Positions 39,672 through 49,182 of a stretch of DNA of 64,000 bases are shown one piece after another. Source of the stretch: Armatimonadota bacterium (GTDB lineage Bacteria; Armatimonadota; Fimbriimonadia; Fimbriimonadales; GBS-DC); the NCBI GenBank assembly GCA_037445735.1, contig JBBIJY010000006.1:32001-96000 (forward strand). Reading direction: 5' to 3'. Position 1 is the stretch's first letter. Each line of letters starts with the position of its first letter. A program made the translations under genes and the position numbers. The notes under the pieces were generated by a model that saw only the letters and a list, made by a program, of their open reading frames with translations, made no database searches and was not told the origin of the DNA.

Positions 39672-39734
39672 TCTCCATTGCCTCCCTATCCTTAGATTAC
39701 GAATTCTCGCCAAAAGTTGCACTGGGCGCGCCTC

Positions 39735-40832
39735 CTACACCTGTGTAGTGAGGCGCACGATGAGTCTTTCCATGACTTCGGCTGGATTTACAGCAGGGAG
39801 TACACCTTTCAGGGCGAGGTCCGCTTCGTTCAGGGCAGCGAACGTCTTCTGGAGACGGCTCATGGGGAACCGCTCCGCCTGCCGCTTCAACCTTTCTCGC
39901 AAAAAGGGCTGCCGCTGCAGCAGCTGAACCACATTCGGCTCATGCAGCAACTTCTGTGCCACATCCACCTGAATCTGCTCCGGCTTATCGATGGGTTGGT
40001 GATGCGTGAGCAGGATTTGCAGATCCCATAACAACCGGAACTGGCGACTGATAAGTCCGAGCGTCTGGAGGGCAGCGGTTTCGGGGCGCGAGCCTGATTG
40101 AAACAGCAGGTTCAGCCAGCGCAGCGATTCGGCGACATTGCCCGCCACAATCGCATCGACGAGTCGGAACACCTGCGCCTGCTGGGAGGGGCTGACCACG
40201 CGCTCGATGTCGTCGCGGCTGATCTCGGTGCGTGGCTCGGTGTAGAGCAGCACTTTCTGCAGTTCGGCGAGGGCGCGCTCCGCGACGCCATCTACCAGCT
40301 CCATCAGCAGCTGGGCTTCGGGCGGGCGCAGGCGTTTGCCCGCGGCGCGCGCCGCCTCAATCAGGCGTGCCTCCAGCGATTTGCCACGCAACGGTTCGAG
40401 CGTGATCAGCATGCCATGCTCGCGCACGGCGTTTACCACCGCCTGCCAGCCTGCCGATTCAGTTCGTTCGGAGCGTTCCGACGATTCAGCGGGTTCGGGC
40501 AGCAGAACCAGACAGCTGAAGGGCGGGATTTGCGGGATGAGTCGCGCCAGCGCCTGCAGCTCGGTGGCATTATAGCGATTGACCGCCTGCAGGATGACCA
40601 GCCGTCGCTCGCCCTCCATCGGCAGGGTCTGCACCTGATGGGCGACGGCGGCAACGGGCGTCTCCCGCGCGTCCAGCAGGGCTTCATCGAGACTGCCCGG
40701 CTCTATTGAAAGGGCGTGGCGCAGTCGCTCGAGGAACTCGCGTGCGAACACTGGCTCGTCGCCCATCAGCAGGTATACGCTGACAGGCGACCGAAACTGC
40801 TCCTCCGTGAGCTTGCTGTATTTCAGTTCCAT
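39735..40832 (-). CDS. holA: DNA polymerase III delta subunit
   Basis: VYLLMGDE, TLPM...RLVIL, ELQKVLLY, VFRLVDAI, DLALKG. Confidence 0.85.
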   Translation of the reverse strand: MELKYSKLTEEQFRSPVSVYLLMGDEPVFAREFLERLRHALSIEPGSLDEALLDARETPVAAVAHQVQTLPMEGERRLVILQAVNRYNATELQALARLIPQIPPFSCLVLLPEPAESSERSERTESAGWQAVVNAVREHGMLITLEPLRGKSLEARLIEAARAAGKRLRPPEAQLLMELVDGVAERALAELQKVLLYTEPRTEISRDDIERVVSPSQQAQVFRLVDAIVAGNVAESLRWLNLLFQSGSRPETAALQTLGLISRQFRLLWDLQILLTHHQPIDKPEQIQVDVAQKLLHEPNVVQLLQRQPFLRERLKRQAERFPMSRLQKTFAALNEADLALKGVLPAVNPAEVMERLIVRLTTQV

Positions 40833-43021
40833 CGTTGTGCGACTTCGATAAGGGGCGTTCTGCCCCCTGCGTCGCTGTGAGCGTGCACACGGCTCGCTGA
40901 GGCGAACCCATCGAGCCACAGCAGCCGTACGGCTCGCCCAATAAGACGAAAATAGCCCAGCTCCTGTCGCAGCACACGCTGCAACGCCTTAAGTTTACCC
41001 TGCACCTCTGCTTCGACGGCGTGGGCTTCGGGCGGCGGCGCATAGAGCAGGCGCAACAGCGGCTCCCGTAGCGAGTCAAGCAGTGCTGGCGCTCTTTCGG
41101 CGCGTCGGGCGTCGCGCCAGCCCTCACGGAGCACATGCAGGCACGCCTGCAGATAGTCGCCCGGTGATTGGGAGGCGAGCGGGGCGGGGCAGCCCATCAG
41201 CCGCAGCCAGTAGACCAGTCGCCTGTAGAGCGTATGAGCGCCTGCATGGCTCCCATGCCTGCCCAGCCGCCGGGAAAACAGGACGCTCCACAGCAGATAG
41301 ATGAAGCCTGCGGCGATCAGCCCGTCCAGCAGGCGGCGCCAGCGATAGAGCGGATGACGCCGCACCAGCTCGCTCTCTGCACTGCCAATCACTGGATCGC
41401 CTGCGTCGATCACGCGCGCGTTCTCCGTCGCATCAAAGGGAACCCAGCCGACGCCCTCAAAGTAGACCTCTGTCCAGAGATGGCGGTGGCGCTCGCGCAC
41501 GATATAGTCGCCGGTTTCAGGATCGCGCTCCTGCAGCAGATAGCCCGACACCACCCGCGCTGGTAGACCCACATACTGGCACATCACCGCCAGCGCCGTC
41601 GCGAACTCGATACAATAGCCCTGTTTCGCCTCAAAGAGAAAATGCTCCACCACATCGACCTCTGGCGGATAGGCTTCCGTATGCACATTATAGGCGGCAT
41701 GGGTCTCGATATACCGCTTGAGTGCCATCACCTTATCATAATCGGTGGGCAGATCGGCGGTGAGTTGCTGTGCCAGCTCCATCACGCGCGCGTTGCGCGC
41801 AGGTGTGATCCACGCGCCCCAGAACGGCGTGATGGCTTCGCGCTCGCGCAGAAGGGCAGGCTGCTGGGAGCTGACCAGCGCACGGATTTCATAGCCTGTG
41901 CCGGGCGTCAGGGGGCGACGCACCCAGATGGTGCCCGTTGCGTAAACCACTCGAATGGCGCGACGCTGCTCAAACGGTTTGAGCCAGAGGGGCATGCCGG
42001 GCGAGAAGAACTGCTGATGGATCCCGCCCAGCACCGTGATCTCCGCGTGAACCTGATGCGCGTGCGGATAGTGGGGCAGGTTCGGGACAATCACAAACTC
42101 GCCCTGCTCGCCCGCTTCGATCAGGCGCATGCCAAGATAGGTTCGGTTCCAGCCGCGCCCTGTGTACTGGTCATAGGTGTCCGCTCGCAAATAGCGGGCG
42201 CTCCCTTGCAGGAATCGCACGCGCAACACAGGCGTATCGCTCAACTCCAGCGGACCGGTGCCCGCCTGGAGCGCGGGTACAGCGGGCATCTGACCCGCCG
42301 TGCCCGACGCGCGGAAGGGTAGACCAATCACAAGCCCCGATACCAGCTCGCCCAGTCCCAACCATAACACGAACGCCAGCCCGCTCGCCCCAACGGTCGC
42401 TATCAAACTGCCCAGCAGCGCGTAGCGCCCCACCACTGCCAGCGGCAACTGCACCCGCAACTCCATCTGGTGCGCCAGAATCAGCATCGCGAGCAGCACC
42501 GCGATGAACGCCAGAAACAGATAGGGCACAGCGGGCGCAAACAGATAGGAGCCAATCAGCCCGAAGAGCGCCATCACAGGCACATTCTGGAACAGCACCG
42601 ATGGGGGCGAGACCATCAACGGCGTGCGCAAGGTCAGATACCACAGAAGCGAAGTGCTCAAATAAATCTCTATTGCAGAATCGGTCGGCATGTTGACCAG
42701 CGCGTTAAAGGAGGGCTGCACGGTGATCGTGAAGAGCGCGAGCGTCGCATCGAGAAAGCCGAAGACGAGGCGGGTCGTCTCGCTCAACGGTCGCTGACTA
42801 AGCAGTGCGCTCAACAGCGTTCCAAGCGTGATGAACAGAATCAGGAACAGGGTGAAACTGGAGGTGTCCATCTCCATGCGGGCTGCACGAAATGCCAGCA
42901 CGCTGATGATGCTCACCAACCATGCCGCCCCGTAGAGCAGCCAGTTCAGCGAGCCAGCGGGTTGAGCCTGGCGCTCCGAAACGGCTGCCTGTGATTGGTA
43001 TCGCGCGTCGTCCAACGCCAT
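40823..43021 (-). CDS. Transglutaminase-like membrane protein (TgpA/DUF3488 type)
   Basis: N-terminal TM helices, GYCIEFATA, PARVVSGY, HLWTEVY, GWVPFDAT. Confidence 0.88.
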   Translation of the reverse strand: MALDDARYQSQAAVSERQAQPAGSLNWLLYGAAWLVSIISVLAFRAARMEMDTSSFTLFLILFITLGTLLSALLSQRPLSETTRLVFGFLDATLALFTITVQPSFNALVNMPTDSAIEIYLSTSLLWYLTLRTPLMVSPPSVLFQNVPVMALFGLIGSYLFAPAVPYLFLAFIAVLLAMLILAHQMELRVQLPLAVVGRYALLGSLIATVGASGLAFVLWLGLGELVSGLVIGLPFRASGTAGQMPAVPALQAGTGPLELSDTPVLRVRFLQGSARYLRADTYDQYTGRGWNRTYLGMRLIEAGEQGEFVIVPNLPHYPHAHQVHAEITVLGGIHQQFFSPGMPLWLKPFEQRRAIRVVYATGTIWVRRPLTPGTGYEIRALVSSQQPALLREREAITPFWGAWITPARNARVMELAQQLTADLPTDYDKVMALKRYIETHAAYNVHTEAYPPEVDVVEHFLFEAKQGYCIEFATALAVMCQYVGLPARVVSGYLLQERDPETGDYIVRERHRHLWTEVYFEGVGWVPFDATENARVIDAGDPVIGSAESELVRRHPLYRWRRLLDGLIAAGFIYLLWSVLFSRRLGRHGSHAGAHTLYRRLVYWLRLMGCPAPLASQSPGDYLQACLHVLREGWRDARRAERAPALLDSLREPLLRLLYAPPPEAHAVEAEVQGKLKALQRVLRQELGYFRLIGRAVRLLWLDGFASASRVHAHSDAGGRTPLIEVAQRWN

Positions 43022-43059
43022 CGCTTTCCTAATACGATTCTACCCCGCTGCAGGTTCGC

Positions 43060-45426
43060 TCAGCGTACGATCAGCACATGTCCGCTCGCGCTCATGTTCC
43101 AGCGAATCAGCACCGTTCTGCCCGCTCGCTCCACCTTCACAGGTGCAGGTCGCCCCAGCGGGTCGAGCAGCTGAACCTGCCCTTTGAGCGAGCCAAGGCT
43201 GATTCGCGCGAAGCCCGGCACGCCCTCCGCCCCGCGCATGAGATAGCTGAGCGAACGAACGGTTTCATGCCGCAGCACCATCTGCGCGTTCGTGTGAAGC
43301 AGATTGGCTCGCTGGAGCCGTGTGTCCACGCGCAGGAGCAAGCGCGGCGTTCGCGGCTCCAGCACCACATCCGTCTGAATCGGCAGCATCGGATCCAGCA
43401 CATCCAGATAGGTGCCGCGGAGCACAGTGAGCCGATAGGTGCCGAAGGCTGCCAGCCAGTCTCCCCGCTGGAGGGTGAACCGGGCACGCTCGCGATAGCG
43501 CACGCCTGCACGCCCGATAATATAGCGTACGAGCTGGCGCAACTGACTCTCGCCGTTGGGACTGTTAGCGAATGCCCCGCTCGAAACGCCCAACAGCACC
43601 ACGCCGCCGCGCCCGACCATGTGTAAGACACCCACAGGCGAATCGTTGAGCTGATACAGGACCTCGGCGTTTTGCAGGGAGCAGGCAACGACGCGCTCAT
43701 CGTGGCGCAGGGTCAGCATCGGCAAATCGGGGCGCTGGCGGGTCAGCACACGCTCCAGATAAGGCGGCTGCAGGCTGAGTTCAATCCGCCACTCCTGCGC
43801 AATTTCCACTTGCAGGGTGAGGCGTGTGGCAGCAGGCAGGGGAAAGCGATACACGAACCAAGCGGAGCCATCAGCTACGCGTTCACCATTTGCGTTCAGC
43901 AGGCTTTCCGAATGCGCATAGAGGAACAGCTGCTCCACACTGGTGCCCACCTGAAAAGCGGTCAGCACGCGCCCATCGGCTTCCAGGCGCACCTGCCGCA
44001 CGCATGCGCCGAAGCCTGTGTCGGGCAGGCTGTCGCTGAAACGCACATAAACCGTTTGACCCGCATAGGGGCTGAGGTCGATATCCACCCAGCGGCGGTT
44101 GAGCGTGCCCTGTTCAGGCTGCGTCCCATGCCGGGCGATCTCCTGCCATGCGGGGCTTTCCCCTGAATCGGGCATGGCAGCGAGGCTGACGTTCAGCCCC
44201 AGCCGCGCAAGCAGTGCCTGCAGTGTCGTCGGGCTGTCCACGCCCTGCGAATCGCGAGCGGGCATGCCCACCACAAACAGCCAGCCACCACTGCGCACCC
44301 AGTTCGCTATCGAGTCGAGGGCAGCCATGTTTTCGATGGGCACCGCTTCGGGCGTCCAGATCAGCAGGCGCAGGTTGCCCCAGTCGGGACGGCTCACCAG
44401 CCGCTGTGGTGTCCAGAACTGCACGGGCACACCTGCCCGCACCAGCGGCAGCGCGACAGCAAGCACCGCCGCCGTGTCCGCCGACTCCCAGCCCGACGCC
44501 AGTACGCCGATACCCTCCAGCCCCGCATCCAGGGTGCCCGCCTCACGCTCCGCCATCGCATCGACCGCCTGCGCTGCGCTCCACACCAGCGCCGCATAAT
44601 CGGGCGGCGCGTCGAGTTGCTCCAGATCGATAATCGGGCGCACCGAGGGAACCATCAGCGTTGCGACCAGCGTGCTGAACAGCACCCGCTGATGGGTTCG
44701 CAGGTCGCGCTGCAGCAGTTCCAGCATCGGGTCTATTGTGAGTGGCACAGGCTCCGCTCGCCCGCTGAGCATGCCCGTTAGCAGCGCACAGCGCAGATAA
44801 ACAATGCTAAACGGGTCGGCTCGGTACTCACCGCTGAGCGGCACGAGCCTGTTAACAACAGATTCTGTGAGGATAGTGGCGGGCGCCTCAACTCGCGGCG
44901 GAGCGAGTTTCGGCTTGAGTGCGCTGGCAGGTGCACCCAGCAGGCGCTCGGTGCTGTCGCCGATGCCGTCGCCATCCTCATCACGCTGGGTTGCCCGAAC
45001 CGTTATGCCGTACAGCACCACGCGCCCGCGCCGACCCGCCTCCACCCGCACCTGCAGGGTCTGGATGGCAGGCTGGTACGGCGTGCGAACAGTGAGCGTG
45101 TAGGTGCGTACGCCACCGCGAACCGGTTGAACTGCCAGCCCCCTATCGGCGGCACGCAGGCGCACCTGCCCGTTGCCCCCTGCTGTAATCTGTACCTGCA
45201 CATCCATCCCGCTCAGCACACGGAAGCCGTAGGTCGCCACGCCGCGCCTGCCAATCAGCCGATGGTCGCCCTCCAGCCGACTGCGCGTGCTGCTCATCAA
45301 AACGCCCGACTCCGCGCCAGGGCGCACCTGCCAGCGCAACGCCTGCGTTGCAGGGGCAGTTTGCCCCCACACCCAACAGACATGGGAAAACAGCGCGAGG
45401 AACCACCACCAGCCCGACCGTCTCAT
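43060..45426 (-). CDS. Large exported hypothetical protein
   Basis: Signal peptide, DEDGDGIGD Ca-loop, WVRSGGWLFVVG segment, DLSPYAGQTVYVRF beta-sandwich. Confidence 0.7.
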   Translation of the reverse strand: MRRSGWWWFLALFSHVCWVWGQTAPATQALRWQVRPGAESGVLMSSTRSRLEGDHRLIGRRGVATYGFRVLSGMDVQVQITAGGNGQVRLRAADRGLAVQPVRGGVRTYTLTVRTPYQPAIQTLQVRVEAGRRGRVVLYGITVRATQRDEDGDGIGDSTERLLGAPASALKPKLAPPRVEAPATILTESVVNRLVPLSGEYRADPFSIVYLRCALLTGMLSGRAEPVPLTIDPMLELLQRDLRTHQRVLFSTLVATLMVPSVRPIIDLEQLDAPPDYAALVWSAAQAVDAMAEREAGTLDAGLEGIGVLASGWESADTAAVLAVALPLVRAGVPVQFWTPQRLVSRPDWGNLRLLIWTPEAVPIENMAALDSIANWVRSGGWLFVVGMPARDSQGVDSPTTLQALLARLGLNVSLAAMPDSGESPAWQEIARHGTQPEQGTLNRRWVDIDLSPYAGQTVYVRFSDSLPDTGFGACVRQVRLEADGRVLTAFQVGTSVEQLFLYAHSESLLNANGERVADGSAWFVYRFPLPAATRLTLQVEIAQEWRIELSLQPPYLERVLTRQRPDLPMLTLRHDERVVACSLQNAEVLYQLNDSPVGVLHMVGRGGVVLLGVSSGAFANSPNGESQLRQLVRYIIGRAGVRYRERARFTLQRGDWLAAFGTYRLTVLRGTYLDVLDPMLPIQTDVVLEPRTPRLLLRVDTRLQRANLLHTNAQMVLRHETVRSLSYLMRGAEGVPGFARISLGSLKGQVQLLDPLGRPAPVKVERAGRTVLIRWNMSASGHVLIVR

Positions 45427-45480
45427 CAGAGCATATTCTACCCTGTGTGCTGGGATGAGTCGCTTCAGCTATAAAACAAA

Positions 45481-45520
45481 CCTGCTCTCCTGTGGCGAGA
45501 GCGCACGGGTGAGGGTTCTT
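45481..45520. repeat. Degenerate copy of the CCCTCTCCC...GGGAGAGGG...GGGTGAGGG repeat
   Basis: ctctcctgtggcgagagcgcacgggtgagggttct aligns with the units at 59547 and 62222. Confidence 0.5.
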
Positions 45521-45547
45521 CTCAACCCACAGGCGACCTTTTAGCGC

Positions 45548-45583
45548 AGAATGGGGCGTCCGCCCTTCACGGGGGACGCCCCA
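45548..45583 (-). terminator. GC-rich hairpin downstream of pilD
   Basis: Perfect 10 bp stem tggggcgtcc/ggacgcccca, followed by ttct on the minus strand. Confidence 0.55.
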
Positions 45584-45659
45584 CCGGGAACGGTCACCTT
45601 CCTTCGTTCATCGGATGTTCATTATACTTCATGCACCGCTCGAATCCTGCCGTTTTTTC

Positions 45660-46685
45660 TCAGAATCCCGACCAGTTCAGATAGGCGCGGATGAGGGAGG
45701 CAAGCGGTGCCCCGAAAAGCAGGGTCAGCTGCGCTCCCACTGTTAGAAAGGGACCAAACGGCAGCATGCCAGGCATGGCGGGTAGCTCTTCTTCCTCTTC
45801 AGCAGGCTGACCCAGCGCGGTGTAAAGGCGTTGCTGCCAGCGGGCGGGCAACAGCATCAGTAGCACATCGAGCCAGAGCAGATAGATCAGGCACATCAGC
45901 AGGAGGCTGGGAATGGGTTCAGGCGGGAGGGATTCGCCCTCCACCTCGCCTGCCGCTTCCGACGGCTGACGGCGCGACTGCCACAGCGCCCACAAGCCGC
46001 CGATAATCGCGCCACCTGCCACCGCCAGCGCAAACGCGGTCAGCAACGCGGGCAACAGCAATAACGCGCCCATCGCCCGCACTAGCTTGATGTCGCCATG
46101 CCCCATCGCGTCGCGACGGAACACTACCCGCCCCAGAATCGCAATCAGGCAGAGAACCCCTGCGCCCACCTCCGCGCCCACAAGCGCATTTTGGAGATTC
46201 ACCTCACCCCAGGATGCCCATGACCAGTCGGTGGGCTGATTCACAAGGAGCCATGCGTGCAGGAGACCCACTATGAGCAGGGCAAGGTTCAGCTCGTCGG
46301 GGATGATGGTGTGTTCGAGGTCAATAAAAAAGATGGCAATCAGAACGGCGCAGGCGAGCGCGTAGAGCAGGAAGCGCAGGGGCAGCTCGCCTGCCACCAG
46401 ATGTTGCCACCAGAGCCAGCCCCACACGCTCGCGCTCCACAGCTCCACCAGAAAGTAGCGCACAGCGATGCGGGCACGACAGTAGCGGCACTTCCCACCC
46501 TGTATCAGATAGCTCAACAGCGGCACCAGATCGCGCACGCTGAGCCGATGCTGACATGCAGGGCAATGGGAAGGTGGAAAAACGATAGAAAGCCTTCGGG
46601 GCAGCCGATAGATCAGCACATTCAAAAAGCTGCCTATCGCTGCCCCGAAGGCAACGCCGAACACCACGCTCCATGCAGGTAGCAT
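45660..46685 (-). CDS. pilD: Prepilin peptidase / N-methyltransferase (A24)
   Basis: GSFLNVLIYRLP, SHCPAC, GKCRYC, IDLEH.IIPD, MGHGDIKL, PFGPFL. Confidence 0.93.
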   Translation of the reverse strand: MLPAWSVVFGVAFGAAIGSFLNVLIYRLPRRLSIVFPPSHCPACQHRLSVRDLVPLLSYLIQGGKCRYCRARIAVRYFLVELWSASVWGWLWWQHLVAGELPLRFLLYALACAVLIAIFFIDLEHTIIPDELNLALLIVGLLHAWLLVNQPTDWSWASWGEVNLQNALVGAEVGAGVLCLIAILGRVVFRRDAMGHGDIKLVRAMGALLLLPALLTAFALAVAGGAIIGGLWALWQSRRQPSEAAGEVEGESLPPEPIPSLLLMCLIYLLWLDVLLMLLPARWQQRLYTALGQPAEEEEELPAMPGMLPFGPFLTVGAQLTLLFGAPLASLIRAYLNWSGF

Positions 46686-47905
46686 CAGCTCTGCGACTGG
46701 CTCAGATTCGAAATCACCTCGATCATCGGCAGGAACATCGAAATCACGATGAAGCCGACGATAAAGCCGAGGATTACAATCATCACTGGCTCAATCGCAG
46801 CGGTCAGGCTCGCAATCGCGGTCTCCACCTCGTTCTCGTAGAAGTCGGCGATCTTGTTGAGCATATGATCCAGCGAGCCGGATTCCTCGCCAACGCTGAC
46901 CATATGCACCACCATTGGTGGGAACATTTTGCTTTTCTGGAGCGGGTCAGCAATCTTCTCGCCTTCGCGGATGCGGGCGCGCGATTCCAGCACGGCGTCG
47001 GCAACAACCGAATTGCCCACAACGCCTGCCACCGTCTCCATCGCCTGCAGGATTGGCACGCCCGAAGCGAGCAGGGTGCCCATCGTGCGGCTGAAGCGCG
47101 CCATCACAATCTTGTGGTGCAGTTTGCCGAACACAGGCAGGCGCAGTTTCACCCTGTCGGCGACCCGCCGCCCGACCCGCGTGCTGACAAACAGCCTGTA
47201 GGCGATGATAATCACCACCAGCGAAATAATGATGATGTACCACTTCTGGGTCAGGAACGCGCTCAGGTCCACCAGGAACTGGGTAGGGACAGGGAGCTGT
47301 TTGATACCGAGGTCCCTGAACAGGCTGGCAAACTGTGGCACCAACCATGATACCAGAAAGATCACGATACCGGTCGCTGCCAGCAGCACGATGACCGGGT
47401 AGGTGAGCGCGGATCGAATCTTGCGGCGCAGCTCCACATCCTTCTCCAGGAAGTGGGCGATTCGCTGCAGCGATTCCTCCAGCACGCCGCCGACCTCCCC
47501 TGCACGGATCAGACCGATAATGAGCTGGCTGAACGCTTTGGGGTGGCGCGACATCGCGCGGGAGAGGCTCTCGCCCGATTCGACGCGCGTGGAGAGATCC
47601 ATCAGGATTCGGCGCAGACGCGCGTTGCTGGTCTGCTGTTGCAGCACATCAAGGCAGCGCACGAGCGACACGCCCGCATCGAGCATGGTGGAGAACTGGC
47701 GGGCGAAGATGGCGAGGTCGCTCAGGCGCACGCGCCCGTAGCCGCCCGCCGGCACACGCGGCGCCGCCCGATCCATCGAGATTTCGATCACCTGAAAGCC
47801 TTCTTCCTGCAGCCGCTTGCGCAGCACCTCCGCGTTCTCGGCTTCCGCTTTGCCCGAACGGGTCGCGCCCGATTGATCCCGAATCGTGTAGTTAAAGAAC
47901 GGCAT
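46685..47905 (-). CDS. pilC: Type IV pilus platform protein (GspF family)
   Basis: FARQFSTMLDAGV, AGEVGGVL, ALTYP, VGEESGSL, IEP. Confidence 0.93.
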   Translation of the reverse strand: MPFFNYTIRDQSGATRSGKAEAENAEVLRKRLQEEGFQVIEISMDRAAPRVPAGGYGRVRLSDLAIFARQFSTMLDAGVSLVRCLDVLQQQTSNARLRRILMDLSTRVESGESLSRAMSRHPKAFSQLIIGLIRAGEVGGVLEESLQRIAHFLEKDVELRRKIRSALTYPVIVLLAATGIVIFLVSWLVPQFASLFRDLGIKQLPVPTQFLVDLSAFLTQKWYIIIISLVVIIIAYRLFVSTRVGRRVADRVKLRLPVFGKLHHKIVMARFSRTMGTLLASGVPILQAMETVAGVVGNSVVADAVLESRARIREGEKIADPLQKSKMFPPMVVHMVSVGEESGSLDHMLNKIADFYENEVETAIASLTAAIEPVMIVILGFIVGFIVISMFLPMIEVISNLSQSQS

Positions 47906-47920
47906 CTTGCTCGCCTCCTC

Positions 47921-49120
47921 TTAGCGCCCGCGACCTGGCGCAGGCGGTGTGCCCGCCACTCCGCCAGTGGGCGCAATCATCTTGCGCAGCTCGTCTGGAT
48001 TAATCGCGCGTGCCATCGCCTCCTCGTAGGTGATCCAGCCCTTGAGATAGAGATCACGCAGCGACTGATCCATCGTCTGCATGCCCAGCTGACCGCTGGT
48101 CTGAATCATGGTGTGAATCTGGTGGGTCTTGTTCTCGCGGATCAGGTTGCGAATGGCGGGTGTGGCAATCATCACCTCCACGGCGGGCACGCGACCGGGT
48201 TGACCCGCGCGCGGCAGCAGCTGCTGGCTGATAATCGCCTGCAGGTTGTTCGCCAGCTGAATGCGAATCTGCTCCTGCTGACCGGGCGGGAACACATCCA
48301 CGATACGGTCCACCGATTCGGCGGCGTTGTTCGTGTGCAGGGTCGCCAGCACGAGGTGTCCTGTCTCGGCGGCGGTGATGGCGAGCTGGATGGTCTCCAG
48401 ATCGCGCATCTCGCCCACCAGAATCACATCGGGGTCCTCGCGCAGTGCCGAGCGGAGCGCCGCCGCAAAGCTTTTGGTGTCCTGACCCAGCTCGCGCTGA
48501 TTGATGATGCTGAACTTGTGCTGGTGCAGGTACTCGATGGGGTCCTCAATCGTGATGATATGCACGCTGCGCTCGCTGTTGATCTGGTTGATCATCGCGG
48601 CTAAGGTGGTCGATTTGCCAGAGCCGGTGGGACCTGTTACCAGGATCAGCCCGCGCGGTCGGCGTGTGAGTTCTTCCAGCACGGGCGGCAGGTTCAGCTC
48701 GCGGATGGTGGGCACCCGCGCCGGGATGAGACGGAACGCGGCAGCCACCGCGCCCTTATCTTTGTACACATTCACGCGGAATCGGGCAACCCTGTGCAGG
48801 CTGTAGGAGAAGTCCAGCTCATAGGTGGTTTCGAAGCGCTGAATCTGCTCATCGGTCAGGATGTCGTAGATGAGGCGCTGGGTCTCGCTGGGACTGGCTT
48901 TTTCGAAGTTGAGGCGCAGTAACTGCCCGTCCACGCGGATAATCGGCTCGACATAGGGGCACAGGTGCAGATCCGAGGCGCCCTTCTCGACCACGATATA
49001 GAGCAGTTCGTCGATGTGGATATCTTCGAGCGAGCGTGCCTGTCCCATGACGGGCGTCTGCACGGTGCCCACGCCGCCGCCCGCCTGTGTATCTTCTGTC
49101 GGATTGTTCCGCATATACAT
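47921..49120 (-). CDS. pilT: Type IV pilus retraction ATPase
   Basis: ASDLHL, GPTGSGKSTT, TIEDPIE, ALREDPDVILVGEMRD, AIRNLIRE, GMQTMD. Confidence 0.95.
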   Translation of the reverse strand: MYMRNNPTEDTQAGGGVGTVQTPVMGQARSLEDIHIDELLYIVVEKGASDLHLCPYVEPIIRVDGQLLRLNFEKASPSETQRLIYDILTDEQIQRFETTYELDFSYSLHRVARFRVNVYKDKGAVAAAFRLIPARVPTIRELNLPPVLEELTRRPRGLILVTGPTGSGKSTTLAAMINQINSERSVHIITIEDPIEYLHQHKFSIINQRELGQDTKSFAAALRSALREDPDVILVGEMRDLETIQLAITAAETGHLVLATLHTNNAAESVDRIVDVFPPGQQEQIRIQLANNLQAIISQQLLPRAGQPGRVPAVEVMIATPAIRNLIRENKTHQIHTMIQTSGQLGMQTMDQSLRDLYLKGWITYEEAMARAINPDELRKMIAPTGGVAGTPPAPGRGR

Positions 49121-49182
49121 TCGTTTGCGACCTCCTTGCAACTGGTTTATTGGTCAGGTTGACCCTTACGGGTGGTTCCCGT

